A stretch of 63,962 nt of DNA, filler included, from an uncultured Synergistales bacterium (GCA_937897575.1; 6 parts of 6 records of this genome joined end to end with filler, not necessarily neighbours in it); one strand, 5' to 3'. Shown: positions 10,295 through 19,427, counted from the whole stretch's first letter. Notes: generated by a model not told the origin, from the sequence alone. Program-made: numbers and translations.

Positions 10295-10677
10295 GTATAC
10301 AATCCAGGAGGAGACTGCTCATACGGACGAGCGTGCTCGTCCTCGTTCTCGCGGCGGCAGTCGGCCTTGCGTTCATAGGTAAGCGACACATGCTCGTCTT
10401 CGACAATCAGAAAATTACAAGGAACGAGCGCGTCATTCCCCCTCTCAAGGCTGCCCGCGTCACCATAGACGGACATGTGCTGGAAGTCGAAGAGGATGAC
10501 AGAGGGGCACTGGAGGTTATAGGAATGAACCACGACCTTCTTGTCGAAGTATTTAACGAGGAGGGGCAGTTGGAGAGACAGGTTACCTTCCCTCTTCGCC
10601 TCAAACTTGAAAAGATGCTCTTTATCTCCCTTCCGATCCTTGTGGAGGGGAAAGAGTCCCCCTATTTCCAACGGTAA
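10291..10677 (+). CDS. small membrane-anchored protein (DUF6672-like)
   Basis: N-terminal TM, GKRHMLVFDN; typical position in DUF3798 ABC clusters. Confidence 0.6.
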   Translation: MSIQSRRRLLIRTSVLVLVLAAAVGLAFIGKRHMLVFDNQKITRNERVIPPLKAARVTIDGHVLEVEEDDRGALEVIGMNHDLLVEVFNEEGQLERQVTFPLRLKLEKMLFISLPILVEGKESPYFQR

Positions 10678-10710
10678 TACTGAACATATCATTCGGGAGG
10701 TGTGGCGCTT

Positions 10711-11910
10711 ATGAATGCCTATGACGAGATCGCTCGCGATATCGATCAGTATATCGCGGAACATCTGAAAGAAGCATGTGATTTAAGCGATTGGATATGG
10801 GCGCATCCTGAATTGGGGTTGGAAGAGCACAAGGCGTCGGAGGCGCTCAGCAACGCTCTCAGAAAGACAGGTTTTCAGGTGGAGCATCCCTATGCGGGGT
10901 ATCCCACGGCGTTCAATGCGGAGTACATCAATCAGAGCGATTCGCCTACGGTGTGCTATCTCGCCCAGTACGACGCGCTGCCCGAGATCGGACACGGATG
11001 CGGGCACAACATGTGCGGGGCCATCTCCGTTCTTGCTGCGGGAGCGCTTCGATCGGTCATGGAAAAACGGCATATCAGGGGACGAGTCAGGGTCGTAGGG
11101 ACTCCTGCCGAGGAAACCACCGGCGAAAAAGTTCCCATGACCGAGGCTGGGCTTTTCAACGGCTGTGATCTGGTCACCATGGCCCACGCCGAAACGGGCA
11201 AGACATTTATCGATTTCGAATCCCTTGCCGTGGACCCCTTCGATTTCACCTTCACAGGTGCGGCGGCGCACGCAGCGGCCTCTCCATGGGATGGAAGAAA
11301 TGCGCTGAATGGCCTCCAGCTCTTCTTCCATGCAATTGATATGCTGCGCCAACACATCCGGCCCGAGGCCAGGATCCACGGCATCGTCACCGAAGGGGGG
11401 ACCGCGCCCAATATCGTTCCGGCCAGAGCCACGGCTCGTGTACTTATCCGTGCACCGTGGCGAACACAGCTCAACAGCATCACGGAGAAAGTCCTCGACT
11501 GCGCGAGAGGAGCTGCCCTCGCGACACAGACTGAGGTCACCTGGCGGACGGCAGGCAACCAGATGGACAATCTCCTACGCAATAAAACAGCAGAATCCAT
11601 GCTTCAGGAGATCATGGAGGACGAGATCGGAGAACCTACCAATAATGCCCCGGCTCTTTCCGGCTCCACCGATATGGGAGCCATTTCCTGGCGATGCCCC
11701 ACGACGGAGCTTATGATCAGCATCTCCGATACTTTTATAGCGCCCCACACGGTAGAGTTCGCCGACGCAAGTCGCGGTACCAAAGCATGGATAGCACTGG
11801 AAAAAGCTGCCCGGGGAATCGCCAGGGCAGGCTTGAGGACACTTCTGGACGAAGACCTCCGGCAGAGGATGAAAGAAGACATTGTTCGAGCCAAACAAGA
11901 AGCGTTGTAG
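10711..11910 (+). CDS. M20-family amidohydrolase (AbgB/PM20D2-like)
   Basis: HPELGLEE, YDALP, GHGCGHN, GTPAEE, AAHAA, GSTDMG. Confidence 0.9.
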   Translation: MNAYDEIARDIDQYIAEHLKEACDLSDWIWAHPELGLEEHKASEALSNALRKTGFQVEHPYAGYPTAFNAEYINQSDSPTVCYLAQYDALPEIGHGCGHNMCGAISVLAAGALRSVMEKRHIRGRVRVVGTPAEETTGEKVPMTEAGLFNGCDLVTMAHAETGKTFIDFESLAVDPFDFTFTGAAAHAAASPWDGRNALNGLQLFFHAIDMLRQHIRPEARIHGIVTEGGTAPNIVPARATARVLIRAPWRTQLNSITEKVLDCARGAALATQTEVTWRTAGNQMDNLLRNKTAESMLQEIMEDEIGEPTNNAPALSGSTDMGAISWRCPTTELMISISDTFIAPHTVEFADASRGTKAWIALEKAARGIARAGLRTLLDEDLRQRMKEDIVRAKQEAL

Positions 11911-12028
11911 TATCGTACTGCTGCGTAGAGAGGAGGAGGAAGAGGACCGGCACCCTTAAACAGGAGACGGGAACAAAAAGGGGAACATGCGGACACTTGC
12001 GTTTCATCATGAAAAGGAGGGACGAACC

Positions 12029-12938
12029 ATGAAAAAAAGAGTACTTGCTGGACTTGCCGTACTTATGCTCCTCATCGCGACAACAGCTTTTGCTGAAGCC
12101 CCCTTCCACATCGGAGTGGCCACTCCGACGGTTTCTCAGGCGGAGGACAACTACCGGGGCGGCGAAGCGCTCGTCAAGAAATACGGCGACGTGCGAAGCG
12201 GCGGTATGATCAACCACGTGACCCTCCCGGACAATTTCAACGCCGAGATGGAGACCACCATATCCCAGATAGTGAGTTTTGCCGACGATCCGAAGATAAA
12301 AGTCATCGTCGTCGACGAGTCTCTTCCCGGTACAACGGAGGCATTCAAGCGAGTCCGAGATAAAAGGCCAGACATCCTTCTTCTTGCCGGTGAGCCTCTC
12401 GAAGACCCCAACATGATTGCCTCTGCCGCTGACCTTTGCGTGACACACGACGACCTGTCCAGAGGGTACACGATCATTGCGGGAGCGAAGGCCATGGGCG
12501 CCGACACCTTCGTTCACATCTCCTTCCCTCGTCACCTGAGCATCGAACTTCTTTCCCGTCGTATGCACATCATGGAGGAAGTGTGCAAGGACCTCGGGAT
12601 GAAATTCGCGCAGGAGACCGCGCCGGATCCCACGTCCGATGTGGGGATATCAGGAGCCCAGCAGTATGTACTCGAAAAAATGCCGACGTGGATCGAGAAA
12701 TACGGGAAAAACACATGTTTCTTCACCACGAATCAGACGCACATCGAACCTATGCTCCGCCAGATGGTGAACACGGGTGGCGGCTGCTTCCTCGAGGCGG
12801 ACAGCCCCTCTCCTCTCAAGGGATATCCCGGTGCATTCAAACTCGACCTTGAAAAGGAAAAAGGCGATTGGCAGGCCATTATGGCCAAGATTGAAAAGGC
12901 GGTCATCGATGCCGGCGCTGGTGGGCGGATGGGCACAT
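12029..12938 (+). CDS. DUF3798-family ABC substrate-binding protein, 3'-truncated
   Basis: Signal peptide; TVSQAEDNYRG, FVHISFPRH, APDPTSDVG motifs. Confidence 0.85.
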
Positions 12939-13038
12939 NNNNNNNNNNNNNNNNNNNNNNNNNNNNNNNNNNNNNNNNNNNNTTAATTAATTAANNNNNN
13001 NNNNNNNNNNNNNNNNNNNNNNNNNNNNNNNNNNNNNN
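12939..13038. other. artificial contig linker
   Basis: 44N-TTAATTAATTAA-44N. Confidence 0.99.
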
Positions 13039-14293
13039 TTATGACGCCAACAGTAAAAACAGCACTGCTTATTGCCTTAATAGGTATTGTGGCCCCGGTC
13101 TTGAGAGTCCGGGCCGTCACCCGTATGGTCCCGTCCTCCCGTGCGAGTTGGACCGTCTGAGCCTCGTCCGCCCGTGCTCCGGTGTATCGGAGCAGGAGGA
13201 TAATGTCCCTGTCCCGGGGGGAGAGGCGGTCGAGGAGGCGGTCCAGGGTGGCCGGGTTCTGACGGGCGCGTCGGGCCTTCGTTACCTCCGAGACGACGCG
13301 GGACGGGGCGACCTTCATGGTCTCGCACAGCTCGCCGTATGGAGGCAGGGACTGAATCAGCCTCACGGTCGCGAGCGCCTCCCGCTTCCCGGCAGCGTCC
13401 CCGCGGCTGCGGCAGTCCTCATATTCCTTCATCATGGAGCGAAGAACGGCGCTCCGCAGACGTTTGTACGAAGAGCGAGAGCTCACTCGGGCCGTGTTCG
13501 CAAGGTACGCCGCGACGTCCAAGAAATTCTTCTTGCCTAGAGCCGCAAGCTCCGAAGCGACTTGCCGGCAAGCCCTCTTGTAATCGTCCAGGGACCGGGC
13601 CGAGAGTTGGTCTTCCGGTTTAACCTTCTGTGGGGTAAAGGGCGACAGGGAGCGGTCATTCGGGACATGGAACAGATAGACGGCACGGTACACGGCGTCA
13701 CGAACGGAGTCAGGTACGGCGATGGTGATGTCTCCATCGGCCTTCATCGTCTCTACCAGCCGCAGCCCCATCTCTCTGGAGGCGAGCTTCTCAGGGGAGA
13801 GAGGCGGAGTGGAAGGCGGCCGACCGGGACAGGGACTCCGCCTCGGCCCCCCTGCAAGAGCACTCTTCCGGGGTTCTTCTTGCCGCAGCCCCGAGGATTG
13901 GGGCCCGCACCTTTGCGGGGCAGCCCCCAAGAGACCGCCCTTCTCAGGCCGCGTTTCCGGGCCCCTTTGCTCCACACCCCGTTCCTGTGCGGACCCCTGG
14001 GTTTGCTCTCTCCTCGCAGCCTTCAGACGTTCTTCGGCGTAGACCTCCAGTTCCAGAGCGATGTACGACGGATGGTTTTCTCTGCGCTTCTCCCACCACT
14101 CGGGCTTCATCTCCGCCACGAGGGAGAGGGCCTTCTCCGTCTGCGCCCGGCTCACGCCGCTTCCGCCGCCCTCAAGGACAGCGGTCACCTCGCTCTTAAT
14201 CTCGGCGAGGGTGAGCTGGTGGGACGGTGGCGGAGTATCTCTCCGCTCCGGTTCGTCCAACGCCACTTCAGGGGCAATGCTCAGCACGTCCAT
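13039..14293 (-). CDS. tyrosine-recombinase-like protein with long N-terminal extension, 3'-truncated
   Basis: Box I-like RDIILLLRYTGARADE followed by beta strands and a Lys (RTLK); SD AGGAGG before ATG 14293. Confidence 0.7.
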
Positions 14294-14355
14294 TGCAGAC
14301 CACCTCCTGTATTTCCTGGAGGATATCTGCGGGACAGATTCCGGGACCAGAAACA

Positions 14356-14630
14356 GGGGAGCTGCCCCCCGAAAGCGCCGTCCCCCCCTGTCCCATAGGG
14401 GGGACGCCCTGCCGCTCTGCGGCAGGGAAGGCAGAGTCAAGAGCGGGTTAGTGGGATAGGGTTTCGCTGTCGCTCACCCTCTCCCCCTAACCCTTCAGGA
14501 CCCAGGACAAGAACCACCACCGCCCCCGAGTCCACCCCCGAGGCTACACCTCCCACCGGCCTGCATTTGTCTTACCCCTCAGCGCCAGATACCCTTCAGG
14601 CAGTTGTCCGGGACTTGCCCGCCTGAGGGG
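14356..14630. repeat. cluster of GC-rich inverted repeats (candidate origin/ssi/oriT region)
   Basis: Stems at 14356-14370, 14379-14406, 14407-14427, 14445-14493 (16/18), 14592-14630. Confidence 0.7.
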
Positions 14631-15199
14631 GTCCGTCCACCCCTTTTCCTCTTTTTTCTCCGTGGGGTGTGCGGCGTTAGCCGTGGGGAAAAGTGCATCT
14701 GCCGATATGGAGAACCGGGGGGGGCGGGTAGCGCACAACAGACCAAGGGGATGAGTGGAATGAAAGACTTTTCAGAGACGTCCAAGTACGAACAACAGGT
14801 TTGGGACCGGCTGCACAGCGTCCTTGCGGCTCCTCTCTATCGCGTGACGGTTATAGGAGAGAGCTCGACGCGCGCCTGATTTTGGGAATTTTTTTGATTT
14901 GCTTATCGGCGGAAAACTCCTCGACTCCGATGAACACGAACGGTACATGGACACAACAACACGACTCGTCGATAGGACGACGAGTCTGACGAATCCACGA
15001 GTCGATTCCTTAAAAACGCGGCGCCGACGGGTGGCGTACGAGAAAAGGCTGTCTCCGGTCCACCGCGCGTTTCCGAATCAGGAGTCCACGAGTCGACTCG
15101 TTGTGCCCTCGATGGCGTAACGGACCGTCGCACTCCTGCCCGGAGAATCTCTTCTCATCCCAGTTTCCAATAGACCACCACGAATCGACGGGTCGCGTT

Positions 15200-15814
15200 C
15201 TACCCGAAGACCAGCTCCATGTCCTCCCTAATGGTCCTCTCGACACCCATGACCGTCGCTATGCGGAGCAGCTCATCTTCGTCCCGCCCTTCGTACCGCG
15301 GGTATTCGACGGCGAGCCGGACGTAGAACTCCCGGTCCACGCCCCGGCGGTCGGCTACGAGGTCGCAGAGTATCCGCTCATAGGAGTGGACTCGCACTAG
15401 GTTGCCGAACGCAGTGGGGGCGGTGCGGATTCCAAGGTCCCAGATTTCGTCGCGGACGTACCGGACCCTCACGTTTTCGGGCTTCTCCCTGAACTTGTAG
15501 CTCGCCGGGACTGCCACGTCGAGGACCGTCGGCACCCTGTCCGCGGCGTCCAAGAGGAACGCCGCGGTGTCGCGGGAGAACACGGTCCGGGCGTAGCGGC
15601 GCTGGAAGAGCCAAAACTCGTCGTAGTCCCCGCCGGGGGCGCGGTACACACCCCGGGCTATCCGCTTCAGCGCCCCGCCGACGACAAGCCTGCCCAGATA
15701 CACCGTCGGGACCCCGTTCTCGCGGCACCAGGCGTTGGTTATGATGCCGTCCGCCGCGGCGAGATGTTCTTCGATGCGCTTCCTGTACTCTTTGCTCCCC
15801 GTGCGCTCCGCCAT
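15200..15814 (-). CDS. abiEi: type IV toxin-antitoxin AbiEi-family antitoxin / transcriptional regulator
   Basis: N-terminal wHTH GIIT...RLV..G.L.RIARGVY; VFSRDTA, GNLVRVHSYERILCDL. Confidence 0.85.
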   Translation of the reverse strand: MAERTGSKEYRKRIEEHLAAADGIITNAWCRENGVPTVYLGRLVVGGALKRIARGVYRAPGGDYDEFWLFQRRYARTVFSRDTAAFLLDAADRVPTVLDVAVPASYKFREKPENVRVRYVRDEIWDLGIRTAPTAFGNLVRVHSYERILCDLVADRRGVDREFYVRLAVEYPRYEGRDEDELLRIATVMGVERTIREDMELVFG

Positions 15815-15880
15815 GTTGCCCCTCGTCGTTGCGTTGTTTTAGTACGGTCATAGTACTATCTCAACAGGATAGAGGCAACA
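15814..15880 (-). promoter_or_regulatory. abiEi promoter with overlapping inverted-repeat operator
   Basis: Minus strand TTGCCT-17 nt-TACTAT; imperfect IR TGTTGCC...GTTG (15814-15831) / CAAC...GGCAACA (15862-15880). Confidence 0.6.
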
Positions 15881-16254
15881 CCAGGCGAACACAAAAGGGA
15901 CGCCACCGGGGGCGTTATCAGGCGTCCTCGGGCGCTTCAGGCAACGGCGAAACACCGAAAGTCCCCGGCGCCGTTGGCCTCCCACCCGGAACCAGAAGCT
16001 TCCACAGCATTCCCCGTCAACGTATCCAGGAGTTCCGCCGCCGCGGCGCTTTCGGCCGGACATATCCCTGCGGCGTCCCGGCGGCTTTGAAAAACATCTG
16101 GTTCCCGGCCTGCACCTTCATTGCCTCGCTCAGCAAGGCTGTCCGGGCGGTCGTCGGAGGTGAAGGAGCAACCGAACCACAGAGTCCAGGCACCAGCATC
16201 CAACAATGCGTGGATGCGCGACTACCCTCTGAAAAGAATGAGCACTGAGTAAGA

Positions 16255-16315
16255 ATGAACGCAAATATGAACGCAAATTTTTGCGGTTGTTTTACCGTTC
16301 ATTTTCGTCTACAAT
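16255..16315 (+). promoter_or_regulatory. promoter with repeated ATGAACG operator-like sites
   Basis: Tandem ATGAACGCAAAT at 16255-16266 and 16267-16278, inverted CGTTCAT at 16296-16302; TTGTTT-17 nt-TACAAT. Confidence 0.55.
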
Positions 16316-16337
16316 ACGCAGGAAAGGAGGGGCGAAA

Positions 16338-17582
16338 ATGAGAGAAACGAAGACGCTGGAACTAAAAGTCACCATCACGAATACTTTCCTGAAGACAGTA
16401 AGCGCCTATGCGAACTACGGCGCCGGAAGGATTCTGTTCGGAGTGGACGACGATGGCGCCACCATCGGCATCGACAATCCGACAGAGAAGCTCCTCGACA
16501 TTGAAAACAGGATAAATGACAGCATCGACCCCTGTCCGGACTATTCGCTTCATGTCAATCCCAAAACGGGTGTCATCACACTGAAGGTTCTCGAGGGATT
16601 GCATAAGCCCTATCTGTATAGGTCGAAGGCCTACAGAAGAAGCGACTCCGCCACTGTCGAAGTGGATAGGGTGGAGTTGACCCGGTTGATTTTGGAGGGG
16701 CAGAACAGGTCTTTTGAAGATACGAAAGCCTCGCGGCAGGACCTGCGATTCACAATACTGGAAAAGAAGCTTCAGGAGACAATCGGGATTCAGGAGATTA
16801 GTCAGGATGTCCTGAAAACCTTGGACCTTTACGGAGCTGAGGGTTATACATCCGCAGGGGAGTTGCTTGCGGATGAAAACTCCTTTGAGGGAGTTGATAT
16901 CGTACGCTTTGGGGACACCATAAATCTTTTACTTGATAGAGGAGTATTTGAGGGCGTTTCTCTCTTGGAGCAGTATGACAGAGCTCTGTCCATGTATCGC
17001 AAGTACTATCAATATGAGGAGATAGACGGTGCCTTGAGAACATTGATAGCGACGGTTCCGGAAGAGGCGTTCCGAGAGGGGGTCGCGAACGCCCTTGTCC
17101 ACAGGACGTGGGACACGAAAGGCCACATCCGTATCTCCATGTACCCGGACAGGATAGAAATAGCGTCACCGGGAGGATTGCCCAGAGGTGTTTCCGAAAA
17201 GGAATATCTGGCAGGGCAGCTATCCATGCTTCGCAATCCAATCATTGGGAATGTCTTTTTCCGGCTGAAAATCATTGAGCGATTTGGGACCGGTATCCGG
17301 CGAATCAATGACGCCTATCGCGAGAGTGATACCAAACCGAAATTCACGGTGTTCGAGAACTCCATTCTCGTTACCTTGCCGACTATCAGCAGCTACACTT
17401 CGCTGAAGAAGGATGAACGAGTGGTCTACCAGGCCGTTCAGGGGAAAGAGCTGTCCAGTTCGGAAATCGCCAGAATCACCGGGTTTAGCAAGACGAAGGT
17501 TGTCAGCGTACTCAAGAGATTGACGGAGTCGGGGTACGTGAAGGTCCTTGGAACGGGCCGCGGGACGAAATATTCAACGTGA
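16338..17582 (+). CDS. Schlafen/AlbA_2 domain + HATPase_c_4 (RecG_C-like) + C-terminal wHTH protein
   Basis: ETKTLELK, VSAYANYGAGRILFGVDD, REGVANALVHR, IEIASPGGL, RNPIIG, IERFGTGI, GTGRGTKY; SD AAAGGAGG. Confidence 0.85.
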   Translation: MRETKTLELKVTITNTFLKTVSAYANYGAGRILFGVDDDGATIGIDNPTEKLLDIENRINDSIDPCPDYSLHVNPKTGVITLKVLEGLHKPYLYRSKAYRRSDSATVEVDRVELTRLILEGQNRSFEDTKASRQDLRFTILEKKLQETIGIQEISQDVLKTLDLYGAEGYTSAGELLADENSFEGVDIVRFGDTINLLLDRGVFEGVSLLEQYDRALSMYRKYYQYEEIDGALRTLIATVPEEAFREGVANALVHRTWDTKGHIRISMYPDRIEIASPGGLPRGVSEKEYLAGQLSMLRNPIIGNVFFRLKIIERFGTGIRRINDAYRESDTKPKFTVFENSILVTLPTISSYTSLKKDERVVYQAVQGKELSSSEIARITGFSKTKVVSVLKRLTESGYVKVLGTGRGTKYST

Positions 17583-17868
17583 TTCGTCTGTGCGGGAGTG
17601 TTGTGGGGAATCGTTCGCGTCGGACAAGCCCCCACAGACAAGTTTTTTTTAAAAAGAGTACGCAGTCTATCATATAACAGCGACAACGCGCATAAACTAA
17701 ATATCCTTTTATAGATAGGTACCGTGTAGGCCAGTCTCGAACCAGACATCCCAAGAATCGCAATGGAAGCCAGCCTGCGGCCCTTGACCGCAGTCTGGCT
17801 TCCATGACGGAGAGAGGCGAGGTGCGAGCCCTCATGCGCTTTCTCTCAAACCGATTGTACGTAAGATA

Positions 17869-18978
17869 CTACGCCGTTTGAAGCATGCGGTGTTGCCTAC
17901 CCGCTTGCCGTCGTATCTCACGGTGATACACCTCATCGGCCTTCCTGCTCGCTGCAACGATGTCGCGAAGCGTCAAGTGGACATAGTTCATGGTGGTCTG
18001 CACGTTTTTATGCCCCGCTATTCTGGCTACAATTGCGGTGCTCGTATTCGTTTGAATCAACCTGGTTATTTTTTCGTGCCGCAAGAGATAGATGGACCAA
18101 GTGGGAGAGATTTTTCCGACCACATCAGGGTCCTTCCGCAGGAGTCTCTTGATTACGTTGTTCTGGAGATTATCCCGTTGCTGACGCGCCCCGTCCTCCA
18201 ATGGGAACAGTGGCACTTCAGAGTTTTTTCCAGAAAACATCGTGTCAAGACATTGTAAGTACGATATAAGCTCCTTGTACTCTCGGCTTTTCGGAGAGGG
18301 GAGGACTATGTACCTGTCGTCCTCCTTCATTTTGGACTGGCCCGCTAAAAGCGGGAAAGCTCCTGACCTAAGGGATTCCTCCGTTATGTTCGTCCGGTTC
18401 AAAGACACGATTTCGCAAGGCCGGATTGCCGAATGATACATCAATCCCACCATGACAAGGTCCCGCAAAGATGTAAAGGATTTGATGCGGGCATTTCGTT
18501 CCCGGAACCATTTCAGAACAGCGCGACTCTCCTCTTGACTACAGGCGGATATCCTGCTGTCCTCTTTCCGAACTTTATAGTGCTTATTCTTCTTTTTCCT
18601 GGCCGGGTTTTCCTTGAATTCGGGCATATCGAGGCCATCAGGAATATCTTCCCCATGTTCATCCACATAGAAGTCCTCCTGCTCGTTGCCGCAGTAGTCC
18701 CAGAAGTCACGAAGATACCGGAGCAGTTTGTTTCTGTCACTCACATTTTTATCAAGCATGGCAAGAGCTTTTCGAAGGCGTTCTTTTTCATCGACACACC
18801 ATTCAGCCGAAAAAAAGGATTTCGGATGTTGCTCGCATCCATTGGAATAGAAGCGAGTAATCTGGTACCGAAGCTGCTTTTCGTAGCTCTCGGAGATAGG
18901 CCGTCCTGAACGGGACGCCCCGTTCTTCTTGGCCGCGATAAAAAGTTCCAGAGCCTCTGGTAATGTGTACTTGGGCAT
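17869..18978 (-). CDS. tyrosine recombinase / integrase
   Basis: AIRPCEI (R), YLLRH (HxxR-like), AGHKN, TMNY (catalytic Tyr); alternative SD-supported start at 19071-19077. Confidence 0.9.
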   Translation of the reverse strand: MPKYTLPEALELFIAAKKNGASRSGRPISESYEKQLRYQITRFYSNGCEQHPKSFFSAEWCVDEKERLRKALAMLDKNVSDRNKLLRYLRDFWDYCGNEQEDFYVDEHGEDIPDGLDMPEFKENPARKKKNKHYKVRKEDSRISACSQEESRAVLKWFRERNARIKSFTSLRDLVMVGLMYHSAIRPCEIVSLNRTNITEESLRSGAFPLLAGQSKMKEDDRYIVLPSPKSREYKELISYLQCLDTMFSGKNSEVPLFPLEDGARQQRDNLQNNVIKRLLRKDPDVVGKISPTWSIYLLRHEKITRLIQTNTSTAIVARIAGHKNVQTTMNYVHLTLRDIVAASRKADEVYHREIRRQAGRQHRMLQTA

Positions 18979-19149
18979 GGTGCCACCACCTTTCACAAAC
19001 ACCATACCTGAGTGACCGGGTGCTAAACAATAGGGGACATCGTAGACGGAAACAAATTTGAACTGGACCATTGCCAAACACTCTCCTTTGTGTTAGAGTT
19101 TCGGCATGTCCGGCGAGGGGAGTTGGAGACTCGTTGACAGAATAGCTGC

Positions 19150-19225
19150 GGGCCTGTAGCTCAGAGGATAGAGCGACAGCCTCCTAAGCTGTAGGTCGGC
19201 CGTTCGAATCGGCCCAGGCTCGCCA
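19150..19225 (+). tRNA. tRNA-Arg(CCT)
   Basis: GGGCCTG/CAGGCTC acceptor, ACAGC-CTCCTAA-GCTGT anticodon arm, GTTCGAATC, encoded CCA. Confidence 0.97.
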
Positions 19226-19257
19226 TGTACAAAAAGATCCGAGGGCAGATGCTCAAG

Positions 19258-19298
19258 AAGAACATGCATGTCCGAAGGGATGTGTGTGTTCTTTTTTT
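19258..19298 (+). terminator. intrinsic terminator after tRNA-Arg
   Basis: AAGAACATGCATGTCC-GAAG-GGATGTGTGTGTTCTT stem with G-U pairs, then T-run. Confidence 0.75.
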
Positions 19299-19427
19299 GT
19301 CGCCGCGCTCGTGCGAAGAGGGCGGAATTCTTGAGCGTCCGCCACGGACTGTGCTACAATGTACAGGATTTTCCCGTCCGAAAGAGGCACGGGACAGTTT
19401 TTTCGACGACACAAGGGGGCTATGGGT

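Noticed and set aside
12939..13038. Repeated TTAATTAATTAA flanked by N runs (five copies in the window)
   Set aside because: Artificial six-frame-stop linker, not biological
13039..13090. AT-richer 50 nt at the contig start reading like a signal peptide (MTPTVKTALLIALIG)
   Set aside because: Composition break at a contig edge; probably a chimeric end and too short to interpret
15900..16250. Short overlapping ORFs between abiEi and the Schlafen gene
   Set aside because: No SD or recognisable motif; probably decayed sequence
17586..17650. TGTGGGGAATCG resembling a tRNA-Sec 3' fragment
   Set aside because: Weak match, better explained as part of a terminator hairpin (TGTGGGG/CCCCACA plus T-run)
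19226..19427. Possible T-box leader upstream of ileS
   Set aside because: A promoter (TTGAGC...TACAAT, 19331-19360) leaves under 70 nt of leader and no T-box motif is visible
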